A stretch of DNA of 64,000 bases from an uncultured Gammaproteobacteria bacterium (GCA_964588435.1 CAZPPI010000004.1:12-64011), one strand, 5' to 3'. Positions 8,971-19,225 are shown, counted from the first letter of the stretch. The notes: generated by a model not told the origin, from the sequence alone. Program-made: numbers and translations.

Positions 8971-9354
8971 TGGAGATGATGGGAGTTGAACCCATGTCCA
9001 ATCGTTTTTCCTAAATACTTCTACAAAAATATTTCAATTTATTGTTTTAATCCCGGCCATCAAAATTGAACTAAAAGCGACCGAAACGATCTTTCTTTAG
9101 CTTTGGACCCTCCCCGAAAGAATGAAAAGGTCCTATCCTCAAGAATATTACACCGCTTACAAGCTATGAGGACTCACAAGCAAGAGATGGTTATAGCTTT
9201 ATTTTTGTTAGGCCATAACAGGAGCGAAACTTGGAACTTTCCAAGAAAACGCTTTTGTCTTTTCGACATTTGTGTTTTTTAGCCGGTTTTACGCGACAGC
9301 TAAGCGCGTTTTGCATATTTAGAAAAAGAGGCGACTGTCGATGCCTGGCATCCC
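8971..9354 (-). ncRNA. ssrA: tmRNA (SsrA)
   Basis: The 5' GGGGATG pairs with the 3' CATCTCC-A, giving a G3:U pair as in tRNA-Ala. T-arm GGGTTCAACTCCC at the 3' end. Internal tag ORF 9264..9208 preceded by an A-rich tract plus UGUC. Sits directly downstream of smpB. Confidence 0.9.
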
Positions 9355-9361
9355 CGTCTAA

Positions 9362-9835
9362 TTAATCTGCTCTTTTAAAACTTCTTTTTGTCAAAGTTCG
9401 TAAATCTCTTTCAATATCTTTCTTCTTAATTGACTCACGCTTATCATATTTTTTCTTACCTTTAGCTAAAGCAAATTCAAGTTTTAAAAAGCTATGACTA
9501 GTATAAATTCTAAGGGGTATAAGTGTCAAGCCCTTAACCTGACTCTTGCCGGCAAGATAGTCTATTTCCTGCTTTTTTAATAATAATTTACGTTCTCGTT
9601 TCTGATTATAGTCCGGCATCGGCCCAGAATTTTTATAAGGAGAAACCTGACAATTTAAAAGATAAACCTCGGCCTTTCCTTCTTTTCTTTTAATCCCGAT
9701 AAAGCTTCCTTTTAAACTTGCTTGCCCAGCACGCAAAGCTTTAGCTTCGTGACCAAACAAAACTAGACCGGCCTCAAATTTCTCCAGTATCTCATAATCA
9801 AAACTAGCTTTTTTGTTTTGCGCTAGTAGAGACAT
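9362..9835 (-). CDS. smpB: SsrA-binding protein SmpB
   Basis: NKKASFDYEILEKFEAGLVL.G.E.K.LR start, typical of SmpB. 157 aa. Adjacent to the tmRNA. Confidence 0.92.
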   Translation of the reverse strand: MSLLAQNKKASFDYEILEKFEAGLVLFGHEAKALRAGQASLKGSFIGIKRKEGKAEVYLLNCQVSPYKNSGPMPDYNQKRERKLLLKKQEIDYLAGKSQVKGLTLIPLRIYTSHSFLKLEFALAKGKKKYDKRESIKKKDIERDLRTLTKRSFKRAD

Positions 9836-11120
9836 AATTCCATTCTTTTAATCTTGCTAAAACTTTCTCGTTAGTTAAAATATTTTTTAAATAATGTTTA
9901 TAGTTATGTTCCTGAATCATTTTTTGCACTTCTTCATTACCCTTATATTGTTCTTTTAGTTCTAGAATTTTTTCTTCAATTTCTTTATCACTCGCATCAA
10001 TTTTTTCAACCACCGCAATTTCTCTAATTAATAAAGATGATTTAACTCGTTTAATCGCATTGGGAATCATTTCTAATTTCAATTCATCTCTAGTTTTCTT
10101 TAAGTGATTTAAATAATCCTCAAATTTTCCGCCTTGACGTAAAACGCTTTGCTCAAGTTCTGACATTATATTTCTTGACTCACTTTCAATTAAAATTTCT
10201 GGCAAATCACCAATCTTTGCCCCCTCAAGAATTTTTGAAATCATTTCTGATTCATTTTTCAAATCAATTTCTCGTTTTTTTTCTTGTAAAACATTTTCCT
10301 GTAAATCTTTTTTAAGCGCTTCTAAATCTTTAACCCGAAAATCTTTAGCGAAGTCATCATTTAATTCTGGTAATTCTCTTTTAAAAACTGATTTAATTTT
10401 TACTTTAAAATTAATCATTTTTCCAGCTAAGTTTTTCTGGTGATGATCTTCTGGATAAGGTAGTTGGAATTTTAACTCTGCTTCATTCTTAGCGCCAATA
10501 ATTTTTTCATCAAACCCAGGGACAAAATAATTTTTCCCGGTTAAAAGCGCTAAATCATTATGAACTCCGTCTTCAATTGGAACTTTAGCGTCAAATAATT
10601 TAATATCAACTATAACTTTATCCCCTTTTTCAATCGCCTTATCTTTCTCAGCTAACACTTCTTTAGCTCGCATCTCGCGTAAATCATTTAAGATTTTTTC
10701 TAATTCTTTTTCTTCAACTTTAGCCTCTTCCGCTTTTAAACCTAAGTCCTTATATTTTCCTAATTCAATTTCTGGTAAAACCGAAAGTATAACTTTATAT
10801 TCAAAAGGATTATTAGGAGCAAGTTTAGAAATATTTACATTCGGTGAACCGACTGCTTTAATCTCATTAATTCTCTCCGCTAAAACATCATCTAAAGTTT
10901 TATTAACTGCTAATTGAGCCGCTTCTTCTAAAATACTCATCTCCCCGACCTTTGCTTTTAAAACTTCAAGCGGGGCTTTACCAGGACGAAAACCTTCTAT
11001 TTTAATTTTCTCAGCTAATTTCCTCGCACCTTTTTCAATAAAAGGAGCAAATTCTTCTGAACTTAATTCTACTGTCAATTCAACTTGTGATTTTTCTAAA
11101 TCTTTTTTATTTACTTGCAT
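9804..11120 (-). CDS. tig: trigger factor
   Basis: The N-terminal ribosome-binding region contains GFRPGKAP (TF signature). Central FKBP-like and C-terminal helical domains. 438 aa. Confidence 0.9.
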   Translation of the reverse strand: MQVNKKDLEKSQVELTVELSSEEFAPFIEKGARKLAEKIKIEGFRPGKAPLEVLKAKVGEMSILEEAAQLAVNKTLDDVLAERINEIKAVGSPNVNISKLAPNNPFEYKVILSVLPEIELGKYKDLGLKAEEAKVEEKELEKILNDLREMRAKEVLAEKDKAIEKGDKVIVDIKLFDAKVPIEDGVHNDLALLTGKNYFVPGFDEKIIGAKNEAELKFQLPYPEDHHQKNLAGKMINFKVKIKSVFKRELPELNDDFAKDFRVKDLEALKKDLQENVLQEKKREIDLKNESEMISKILEGAKIGDLPEILIESESRNIMSELEQSVLRQGGKFEDYLNHLKKTRDELKLEMIPNAIKRVKSSLLIREIAVVEKIDASDKEIEEKILELKEQYKGNEEVQKMIQEHNYKHYLKNILTNEKVLARLKEWNYVSTSAKQKS

Positions 11121-11358
11121 AGTTTTTTTGTTAGAAACATTTTTAAGAAAAGCGGCTAATCCCGCTCAATAAATCGGCCAAATAACGACCTTCTTTGAAG
11201 AGAATAACATAAGATATTTAAAAAATCAATCCAAGGAAAGTATAAAAAAAGTTTAGCGTCTAAGGTTTAAAATACTTAAAAAATAAAATATCTTGTCTAA
11301 TCTGTCAAAAAATGTTTTCTGCTCTTGGCAAATAGTAGAAATGTTCCTGGCGCTAAAA

Positions 11359-13407
11359 TTAAAACAATAATAAGCCAACAATTAATAAAGCGACGATATT
11401 TAAAACTTTAATCATCGGGTTAATCGCTGGTCCAGCAGTATCCTTATAAGGATCACCAACTGTATCGCCAGTAACCGCTGCTTTATGAGCGTCAGAACCT
11501 TTACCACCAAAATGTCCGGATTCAATATATTTTTTAGCATTATCCCAAGCACCACCACCAGAAGTCATAGAAACTGCTACAAAAATTCCAGTTACAATTG
11601 AACCAACAAGTAAACCTCCTAAAGCTTCAACTCCGTGTCCTACTCCAAACAAATTAAAACCAAAACCAACGATAATCGGTGCTAAAACTGGAATAAGAGC
11701 CGGTATAATCATTTCGCGAATAGCGGCTTTAGTAACAATATCAACAGTTCGACCATAATCTGGTTTTTCGCTATAATCCATAATTCCTGGTTTTTCTTTA
11801 AATTGGGCTCTAACGTCCTCAACAACTGAACCAGCTGCGCGACCAACCGCTTTCATCGCCATCGCTCCAAATAAATATGGTAATAATCCGCCGATAAACA
11901 AACCAGCTAAAACATAAGGGTTATTAATTAAAAATTGAGCATTACCTCCTAGATCAGTAATCTTGTAAGTAAAATCAGCAAATAAAACTAAAGCAGCTAA
12001 AGCAGCTGAACCAATCGCATAACCTTTAGTAACAGCTTTAGTTGTGTTACCAACCGCGTCCAAGGGGTCAGTAATATTTCTTACATCTTCACCAAGCTCA
12101 GCCATCTCCGCAATGCCTCCAGCATTATCAGTAATCGGACCATAAGCATCAATCGTTACAATTATTCCCGCCATCGAAAGCATAGCCATAGCGGCGATTG
12201 CAATTCCGTATAAACCAGCAAAGGCAAAAGCACCAAGCATTGCGGCAACAATAACAATAATTGGCCAAGCAGTTGATTTCATCGAAACCGCTAAACCAGC
12301 AATAACATTAGTTCCATGACCAGTCTCTGAGGCTTTAGCAATATCTTTTACTGGGCTAAAAGCAGTAGAGGTATAATACTCAGTAATAATAACTAATAGT
12401 CCAGTAACAACTAAACCAATCAAAGCAGCAAAATAAACGTTCAAAGCTAAGGTCGCATCGGTAATAAAAATTTTAGTTATCGGATAAAAAGCAAGCGCTG
12501 ATAATACACCAGCAGCGATTAAACCTTTATAAAGAGCTTGCATAATATTTTTCTTTTTTCCTAAACGAATAAAGAAAATACCAATAATGGAAGCGATGAT
12601 AGAAACAGCTCCCAAAACTAGAGGAAATAAGATAATACTTTTTTCATCAATATTCACATTGTTAGCAAACATTAAGTGACCTAAAATCATCGCTGCAATA
12701 GAAGTAACCGCATAAGTTTCAAATAAATCAGCAGCCATACCAGCACAGTCACCAACATTATCACCAACATTATCAGCAATAACTGCTGGATTTCTTGGAT
12801 CATCTTCAGGAATATCAGCTTCAACTTTTCCAACTAAGTCAGCACCAACATCAGCCGCTTTAGTATAAATACCACCACCTAAACGAGCAAAAATAGAAAT
12901 TAAAGAGCCACCAAAAGCAAAACCAATTAAAGCATGCAATCCCTGATTATCTGCCAAATTTTGTGTTAGAAAATAGAAACCAGCAGTTCCAAGTAGAGCT
13001 AAACCAACTACCAACATTCCGGTAACACTACCGCCACGAACAGCTACATTTAGAGCTTTCTGCAAGCCACCGCGAGCAGCCTCAGTCGTTCTCACATTAG
13101 CACGAACTGAAACAAACATCCCAATATAACCGGTTAAAGCTGATAAAACTGAACCAGCTAAAAAAGCCCAGGCGGTATACCAACCTAAGGATGGAATAAA
13201 AGCAATAATAAAAAATAAAATTACTGCGACAATCCCAACCGCCTTATATTGACGATTTAAAAAAGCTTTAGCGCCTTCTTGAATTGCCTTGGCAATACTT
13301 TTCATTTTTTCATTACCCTCAGGTAATCTTAAAATTGAAGCGATCATAATTGCCCCATATAAAATAGCAATTAAAGCACTTCCAAGAATAAGTAAGTTGA
13401 TTAACAT
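11359..13407 (-). CDS. hppA: membrane-bound H+/Na+-translocating pyrophosphatase
   Basis: 682 aa polytopic protein with [21 protein letters not shown] and [18 protein letters not shown] signatures. Confidence 0.95.
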   Translation of the reverse strand: MLINLLILGSALIAILYGAIMIASILRLPEGNEKMKSIAKAIQEGAKAFLNRQYKAVGIVAVILFFIIAFIPSLGWYTAWAFLAGSVLSALTGYIGMFVSVRANVRTTEAARGGLQKALNVAVRGGSVTGMLVVGLALLGTAGFYFLTQNLADNQGLHALIGFAFGGSLISIFARLGGGIYTKAADVGADLVGKVEADIPEDDPRNPAVIADNVGDNVGDCAGMAADLFETYAVTSIAAMILGHLMFANNVNIDEKSIILFPLVLGAVSIIASIIGIFFIRLGKKKNIMQALYKGLIAAGVLSALAFYPITKIFITDATLALNVYFAALIGLVVTGLLVIITEYYTSTAFSPVKDIAKASETGHGTNVIAGLAVSMKSTAWPIIVIVAAMLGAFAFAGLYGIAIAAMAMLSMAGIIVTIDAYGPITDNAGGIAEMAELGEDVRNITDPLDAVGNTTKAVTKGYAIGSAALAALVLFADFTYKITDLGGNAQFLINNPYVLAGLFIGGLLPYLFGAMAMKAVGRAAGSVVEDVRAQFKEKPGIMDYSEKPDYGRTVDIVTKAAIREMIIPALIPVLAPIIVGFGFNLFGVGHGVEALGGLLVGSIVTGIFVAVSMTSGGGAWDNAKKYIESGHFGGKGSDAHKAAVTGDTVGDPYKDTAGPAINPMIKVLNIVALLIVGLLLF

Positions 13408-13431
13408 AGTTTTTATAATTATTTTTAAAAA

Positions 13432-14709
13432 TTATTTCTCTTCTTCTTTAATAATTTCCAGTTTATCAACAATTTCTGATTCATCAACAATATCCGGCAC
13501 ACCATCTTCATCGCTGCCAATAACCTTAACCTCTTCACCATCTTCTAAAGATTCAATAATATCAATTTTCCAACCAGTTAAACGAGCAGCAAGTCTAACA
13601 TTTTGTCCGGCCTTACCAATCGCTAATGATAATTTATCGGAAGCAACTTTAACAATTGCCTTATTCTCCTCTTCATTTAATTCAATCGATAAAACTTTGG
13701 CTGGAGCTAAAGCATTAGCAATAAATTTAACCGGATTTTCATTGTATTCAATAATATCAATTTTTTCTCCGCCTAATTCACTAATAATTGTTTGCACTCT
13801 TGAGCCTCTTTGACCGACACAAGAGCCAACTGGGTCAACATTTTCTTCATCAGTCCAAATAGCAACCTTAGAACGAGAACCAGCTTCACGAGCAACAGCT
13901 TTAATTTCAACCAAGCCATTAGCGATTTCGGGAATTTCTAAATAAAAAACTTTCTTCAAAATCTCTTCACTCCTACGAGACAAAATAATTTCTGGTCCCT
14001 TATGTCCCTCACGAACTTCTTTAATATAAACTTTAACTCTATCACCAGTTTCATATCTTTCGGTTCTAACCTGTTCTTCTATCGGCATCAAACCAATCGC
14101 TTTACCTAAATCAACAAAAACAAAACGGCCTTCTCGTCTTTGAACAACGCCAGAAACAACTTCATGTTCCTTATCTTTAAATTCAGCTAAAATCATCTCT
14201 CTTTCCATTTCTCTAATTTTTTGAATAATAACTTGCTTCGCTGTTTGTGCGGCCATACGACCATAACTTTCAGGAATAGCTAAATCTAGTTTAAGCTCAT
14301 CTCCAACTTTAGCGCCCATTTTTAAAATCATCGCCTCTTTTAATTGAATATTTGTTTTTGGATTAAATTTTTCTTTTTCATCTTCACTCTCTTCAACAAT
14401 TTCTTGTTCTAATCTTTGATTATTATAGCGTTCTTGAAAACTTTCTTTTGAGGTCAATTCGGGATTATATAAATTTTTTAACATTTCTGCCTCCTCTTCG
14501 ACTGGCAAGTTCTCAACCACGGTTTTCACATCGAAAACTTTTGATTTCCCACTTTCTGGATCAAATTTAACCTTAATATTTTGATTTCTTTCACCATAAT
14601 CCTTACGATAAGCAGCCGCAAGAGCTAGCTCAACCGCTTCAATAACAGCCTTATAATCAAGATTTTTCTCTTCACACAACGATTTAATAGCTGAACTAAT
14701 TTCTGACAT
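13432..14709 (-). CDS. nusA: transcription termination/antitermination factor NusA
   Basis: S1 domain (VVSGVVQRREGRFVFVDLG) and two KH domains (GSCVGQRGSRVQ, AIGKAGQNVRLAARLTGW). An acidic insertion sits in the N-terminal domain. Confidence 0.93.
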   Translation of the reverse strand: MSEISSAIKSLCEEKNLDYKAVIEAVELALAAAYRKDYGERNQNIKVKFDPESGKSKVFDVKTVVENLPVEEEAEMLKNLYNPELTSKESFQERYNNQRLEQEIVEESEDEKEKFNPKTNIQLKEAMILKMGAKVGDELKLDLAIPESYGRMAAQTAKQVIIQKIREMEREMILAEFKDKEHEVVSGVVQRREGRFVFVDLGKAIGLMPIEEQVRTERYETGDRVKVYIKEVREGHKGPEIILSRRSEEILKKVFYLEIPEIANGLVEIKAVAREAGSRSKVAIWTDEENVDPVGSCVGQRGSRVQTIISELGGEKIDIIEYNENPVKFIANALAPAKVLSIELNEEENKAIVKVASDKLSLAIGKAGQNVRLAARLTGWKIDIIESLEDGEEVKVIGSDEDGVPDIVDESEIVDKLEIIKEEEK

Positions 14710-14768
14710 ATATTTTTTATTATTCTTAAAAAGAAAGCTAATTGTAATTACAACTAGCTTCTTTATTT

Positions 14769-14797
14769 ATAATATAGTATTTTTCAATTTTTGTCAA
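14769..14797 (-). promoter_or_regulatory. putative nusA-hppA promoter
   Basis: Minus strand TTGACA (14797..14792), N17, TATTAT (14774..14769). Confidence 0.55.
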
Positions 14798-14813
14798 AAT
14801 ATCTAAGTCAAAT

Positions 14814-15266
14814 CTAAGGAACATGTGTAAAATCAACCGCTTGATCAATAATTATCCTTCTAAAAACAAATAATAGATAATAGGATAGGGACCAAGCAGC
14901 TAAAATAATAATTAGACCAATTACTGCGTTTTTCATCAAAGATTGGGCTTTTTTAATCCCTTCTTCATTCCCACCAGAAGTCATCCACTGAAAACCAGCA
15001 AAAATAATCAAAACTAAGAAAATTAAAGCTAAAAAACCAAGTATCCATTGAATTATTTTTGTTGCCACAATTCTAATATCTTCAGGTTGCTTGTCACCAT
15101 AAACCGATCTAACCTCAGAAATCCCAATTTGATTTCTATAGAGCTCTGTTTCATTCATTCTGCTTTGTGCCTGAATTTCGGGAATAGGCCCACTAAAAAT
15201 AAAAAACAACGCCGAGAAAGATAAAAGTAGGATAAAAGAAAAAATTCTCTTTTTAGAAGTTTTCAT
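14814..15266 (-). CDS. small membrane protein resembling TrbC/VirB2-type (T4SS-pilin-like) proteins
   Basis: Signal/TM segment, then IIQWILGFLALIFLVLIIFAGFQWMTSGGNEEGIKKAQSLMKNAVIGLIIILAAW. This is the two-TM hairpin with an SGG...KA...iGl pattern typical of that family as I recall it. Confidence 0.55.
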   Translation of the reverse strand: MKTSKKRIFSFILLLSFSALFFIFSGPIPEIQAQSRMNETELYRNQIGISEVRSVYGDKQPEDIRIVATKIIQWILGFLALIFLVLIIFAGFQWMTSGGNEEGIKKAQSLMKNAVIGLIIILAAWSLSYYLLFVFRRIIIDQAVDFTHVP

Positions 15267-15327
15267 ATATTATGATATAATTGTTAACACTGGTATTATA
15301 CAAAATATTAGTTTAAATTACAAGAAA

Positions 15328-16830
15328 ATGAGTCTCGCAAAAAAGATTGCTTATAATACCCTAACTCAAATCGCCGGAAAAATTGCCTCAACAATTCTCG
15401 GTCTTTTTTCTTTGGCTTTAATTACTCGCTATCTTGGCCCCCAAGGTTTTGGTGAATATACAACTGTTTTAACTTTTTTAGGCTTTTTTGCAGTTTTTGC
15501 TGACTTCGGTTTAACTTTAGTAACAGTTCAATTAATTAGCGATAAAAGAAGAGATGAGGGCAAGGTTTTAAATAATCTATTTGCTTTTAGACTATTATCA
15601 GTTCTAATTTTTCTTGGTCTTGCCCCCTTAATCGTGGTTTTCTTGCCTTATTCTGCTGCAGTTAAAAGCGGTTTAATTATTGCGATGGCGGCCTTCGTCT
15701 TTCCTGCTCTAAATCAAATTATCGTCGGTCTCTTTCAAAAACGCTTATGCATGGAAAAAAATGCTATTGCTGAAACCGTCGGCAAATTAATTCTACTCGC
15801 TGGAATTCTTTTGAGCGAAAAATTTGGTCTTGGCTTAAGAGGAATTTTATTTGCAACTAGCCTTGGCGCCTTTGTTAGTTTTATTCTCCATTATTTATTC
15901 TCTTTAAAATTTGCGGTGATTAAACTCGAATGGGACTTTTCTTTATGGAAAGAAATAATTATTAAATTTTGGCCCCTAGCTTTAACGGTTGTTTTAAATT
16001 TAATCTATTTAAGAGCCGATACTTTGCTCTTATCTTTTTTCAAAAGTGCTGAAGAAGTTGGTTTTTATGGAGCACCTTATAAAATAATTGACGTTCTTAC
16101 TTCTTTACCTTTTATGTTTGCAGGTTTAATTCTACCAATTCTTAGCACGTCTTGGCTAGAAAAAAAATTAGAAAATTTTCAAAATGTTTTACAAAACTCA
16201 CTTGATTTGATGATTATAATTGCTCTACCAATTATTATTGGCACTCAATTTGTCGCTCAAGAAACTATGCTTTTAGCAGCCGGCTCTGAATTTTCCGCCT
16301 CCTCAGTAATTTTAAAGATATTAATATTTTCATTATTAGCAATTTTTCCGGGAACAATTTTTGCTCATGCCGTCATCGCAATTGATAAACAAAAAAAGAT
16401 GATTCCTTTTTATGTTTTTACCAGTATCAGTTCACTGCTCGCTTATTTAATTTTAATTCCAAGGTTTTCTTATTTTGGGGCCGCCGCTGTGACTATTTAT
16501 AGTGAAATTACAATCAGTGTCTTCTCCGCTTACTGCGTTCTTAGATATAGTAATTTTAAGTTTTCTTTAAAAAGAGTAAAACGCGCCTTTTTAGCTTCTT
16601 TAATTATGGGTCTTTTTCTATACCTCTCTCGAACATTTTGGCAAATAAATATTGGTGAGCTTTCTCTAATTGCTATTTTAAAACTTGCTTCAACAATTAT
16701 TATTGCCTCTGGTATTTATTTGGCTTTCCTGCTAATACTTAAAGGAATTGAAAAGGATGATTTATTAATGATTATTAAAAAACAAAAAGACGGGGGAGGC
16801 CAAAGCTTTGGCTCTAGCACCGGAATTTAA
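15328..16830 (+). CDS. MOP-superfamily polysaccharide/lipid-linked oligosaccharide flippase (Wzx/MurJ-like)
   Basis: 500 aa with about 12-14 predicted TM helices and an N-terminus of the polysaccharide biosynthesis protein family (NTLTQIAGKIASTILGL...TRYLGPQGFGEY). Confidence 0.75.
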   Translation: MSLAKKIAYNTLTQIAGKIASTILGLFSLALITRYLGPQGFGEYTTVLTFLGFFAVFADFGLTLVTVQLISDKRRDEGKVLNNLFAFRLLSVLIFLGLAPLIVVFLPYSAAVKSGLIIAMAAFVFPALNQIIVGLFQKRLCMEKNAIAETVGKLILLAGILLSEKFGLGLRGILFATSLGAFVSFILHYLFSLKFAVIKLEWDFSLWKEIIIKFWPLALTVVLNLIYLRADTLLLSFFKSAEEVGFYGAPYKIIDVLTSLPFMFAGLILPILSTSWLEKKLENFQNVLQNSLDLMIIIALPIIIGTQFVAQETMLLAAGSEFSASSVILKILIFSLLAIFPGTIFAHAVIAIDKQKKMIPFYVFTSISSLLAYLILIPRFSYFGAAAVTIYSEITISVFSAYCVLRYSNFKFSLKRVKRAFLASLIMGLFLYLSRTFWQINIGELSLIAILKLASTIIIASGIYLAFLLILKGIEKDDLLMIIKKQKDGGGQSFGSSTGI

Positions 16831-16833
16831 AAT

Positions 16834-17613
16834 ATGACAAAAGATAACTTAGAAAAAAAAGATCCAACTATTATTTTTGAAGATGAAAATTATTTAGTAA
16901 TTGATAAGCCGGCCGGTCTAGCGGTTCATCCAGGTGGAAATATTGTTGGGGCAACTTTGAAAGATTGGTTGTTAAATTATTATCCGGCTATAAAAACTGT
17001 GGGCGAGGACGAAAGTCGTCCGGGAATTATGCATCGTCTTGATATGGATGTTAGTGGTCTAATGGTAGTCGCTAAAAATCAAAAGAGTTATGAGAATTTA
17101 AAAAAACAATTTCAAGATAGAGAAGTTATTAAAGAATATATTGCTCTTGTTCACGGTCAGGTTTCTAAAGATGATGATTTAATTGATTTTCCTATTAAAC
17201 GTTCGAGAGATGGTTATAAAATGGCAGCCCTGCCAAAAAATACCGAAAACCTCTTAACTAGACGTAGTCCAAAAAATCGTGATCAAGGAAACCTTGAAGG
17301 TTTTTTTAAATCAAAAGAATCAATCACCGAATTTTCAGTTCTAAAAAGATTTGTTAACTATAGTTTACTTAGTGTTAAAATAAAAACTGGCAGAACACAC
17401 CAAATTAGAGTACATCTTTATGCCTACGGTCATCCTTTGGTTGGCGACCCTTTATATTTCACTAAAAAAACCAAAGTAAAAAATGAAAAATTAAATCTTG
17501 GTAGAGTTTTTTTATTTGCCAATAAATTAAGCTTCAAAAATTTAGAAAATAGTTTTTTAAACTTTACCTTAAATATGCCAAAAGAGTTAGAAAATAAATT
17601 ACCAAAAAATTAA
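16834..17613 (+). CDS. RluA-family pseudouridine synthase
   Basis: Catalytic HRLDMDVSGLMVVAK and GRTHQIRVHL motifs. No S4 domain. Confidence 0.88.
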   Translation: MTKDNLEKKDPTIIFEDENYLVIDKPAGLAVHPGGNIVGATLKDWLLNYYPAIKTVGEDESRPGIMHRLDMDVSGLMVVAKNQKSYENLKKQFQDREVIKEYIALVHGQVSKDDDLIDFPIKRSRDGYKMAALPKNTENLLTRRSPKNRDQGNLEGFFKSKESITEFSVLKRFVNYSLLSVKIKTGRTHQIRVHLYAYGHPLVGDPLYFTKKTKVKNEKLNLGRVFLFANKLSFKNLENSFLNFTLNMPKELENKLPKN

Positions 17614-17623
17614 TTAATCAACT

Positions 17624-17652
17624 TTGACAGACTTTAGTTAATATTCTATAAT
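17624..17652 (+). promoter_or_regulatory. consensus sigma70 promoter
   Basis: TTGACA (17624..17629), N17, TATAAT (17647..17652), about 75 nt upstream of the ORF at 17731. Confidence 0.7.
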
Positions 17653-17730
17653 AGCCTTATTAAAACTTAGTCAGTTTTAAAATATTTTTATAAAAATTTA
17701 AATAATTGATAATAATTAATTCATAATTAT

Positions 17731-18735
17731 ATGAACAAAACTATTAGGAATTTTTTCGATAAAAATAAAGCCTCATCTAAAATAACTCCAATTGTTTTAG
17801 TCGTCGCTTTAGCTATAATAGGGTTTATTTCTTTTTCACCTTCAGCAAAAAAAGATGTTGGAAAAGAAAAAGCAGCAACAATAGCAGAAGAATTTATTAA
17901 TGAGTACTTAATGGAGCCGGGATCAAAGGCTTCGATTGTAAATATTACTGAAGAGTATGGATTATATAAAATAGGAGTTGATATAACAACTAGTGTAGTC
18001 GATTCTTACTTAAGTAAAGATGGAAAGTTATTCTTTCCTCAAGCGCTTAATATAGCAGAGATAAATGGGGAAGAAGCTCCAGCTAATAATGCCGCCAGTG
18101 CTCCAGTCGCTGAAATAACAAATAAAACTGATAAACCGGTAGTTGAATTATTTGTTATGAGTCACTGTCCTTATGGTACCCAAATGGAAAAAGGGATTTT
18201 ACCAGTTATTGAAGCCTTGGGCGATTCGATTGATTTTCAATTAAAATTTAATAGCTATGCTATGCATGGTGAGGTTGAGCTTATAGAACAAATGAATCAA
18301 TATTGTATCATGACTGAACAAGAAGATGTATTCCTTGATTATTTAAATTGTTTCTTAGTTGCTGGAGACTCTGAGTCTTGTTTAGCTTCGGCTAATGTTA
18401 ACACCAAAAAAATGGAAAGTTGTTTTGAAACAACTGAAGCTGAATATAAAATAATTGATGATTTTGAAAATAAAGTTGGTTATCAGGGGGATTATCCAGG
18501 CTTTAGTTTACAAGAAGCTGACAATACTAAATACGGTGTTGGCGGTTCTCCAACTTTAGTAATTAATGGGCAAACAATTAGTTCTGGTCGTGATTCTGCC
18601 TCTCTACTTTATACTGTTTGTAGCGCCTTTAATACTCAACCAGATGCTTGTTTTTCAGCTCTTTCTAATGCCTCCCCAGCTCCTGGCTTTGGCACTGGAA
18701 CAACTAACGCTGCTACTAATGTTGAATGTAATTAA
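17731..18735 (+). CDS. membrane-anchored secreted thioredoxin-fold (DsbA-like) protein with CPYG in place of CxxC
   Basis: N-terminal TM anchor, VELFVMSHCPYGTQ at the expected active-site position, a Cys-rich helical insert, and GGSPTLVING (cis-Pro loop region). Confidence 0.5.
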   Translation: MNKTIRNFFDKNKASSKITPIVLVVALAIIGFISFSPSAKKDVGKEKAATIAEEFINEYLMEPGSKASIVNITEEYGLYKIGVDITTSVVDSYLSKDGKLFFPQALNIAEINGEEAPANNAASAPVAEITNKTDKPVVELFVMSHCPYGTQMEKGILPVIEALGDSIDFQLKFNSYAMHGEVELIEQMNQYCIMTEQEDVFLDYLNCFLVAGDSESCLASANVNTKKMESCFETTEAEYKIIDDFENKVGYQGDYPGFSLQEADNTKYGVGGSPTLVINGQTISSGRDSASLLYTVCSAFNTQPDACFSALSNASPAPGFGTGTTNAATNVECN

Positions 18736-18892
18736 TTAGAAACTAGTTAGTATACAAAAAGGCCTTCAATTTAATTGAGGGTCTTTTTTTATAGAAAATA
18801 GAAAAAGAAAAAGCAGACACTTGCGTGTCTACTTTTTGGGTTATGGTTCAAAACCCCGTCTTTCTTGTTAACCTGTTTTAATTCGTTCTCAA

Positions 18893-19225
18893 TTACATCA
18901 AAATCGCTTCAATTTCTTCTTTTAAAGCTTCTTTGTTCTTTAAACCAATAAATTCACCAATAACTTTTCCGTCTTTAAATAATTTTAAATTAGGAATGCT
19001 TTGAATTTGATATTGAATTGCTAAATCCTGATTTTCACCGTCTTCAGTATTAACTTTAACAATTTTAATTTTTCCTTCCATTTCCGTTGCTAATTCATCA
19101 AGAATTGGCGCCATCATGCGACAAGGCATACACCAAGGAGCCCAAAAATCAACCAAGACCGGACCTTCGTTTTTTAAAACCTCGATCTCAAAATTACTTT
19201 TCATGACATCTAACGCTTTAGACAT
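18893..19225 (-). CDS. trxA: thioredoxin
   Basis: 110 aa. Active site WAPWCMPCR. Confidence 0.93.
   Translation of the reverse strand: MSKALDVMKSNFEIEVLKNEGPVLVDFWAPWCMPCRMMAPILDELATEMEGKIKIVKVNTEDGENQDLAIQYQIQSIPNLKLFKDGKVIGEFIGLKNKEALKEEIEAILM

Noticed and set aside
11121-11358. Structured leader or riboswitch upstream of tig (hairpin AGCGG-GATTA-GCCGCT ~35 nt before the ATG)
   Set aside because: The stem is short and the U-run weak. There is no recognisable riboswitch core. It is most simply the hppA terminator region plus the tig promoter.
13289-13813. 174-aa plus-strand ORF spanning the hppA start and nusA end
   Set aside because: It is antisense to two well-supported genes and has a low-complexity Ser/Ile/Leu-rich translation typical of the reverse frame of AT-rich coding DNA. 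The same reasoning applies to the other antisense or alternative-frame ORFs inside annotated genes: 3797..3985, 5444..5692, 6228..6443, 7162..7350, 20010..20566, 22466..22763, 25445..25648, 29068..29681, 34606..34863, 41312..41509, 44826..45011, 45963..46519, 49738..50133, 56537..56977, 58532..58990 and 59807..60010.
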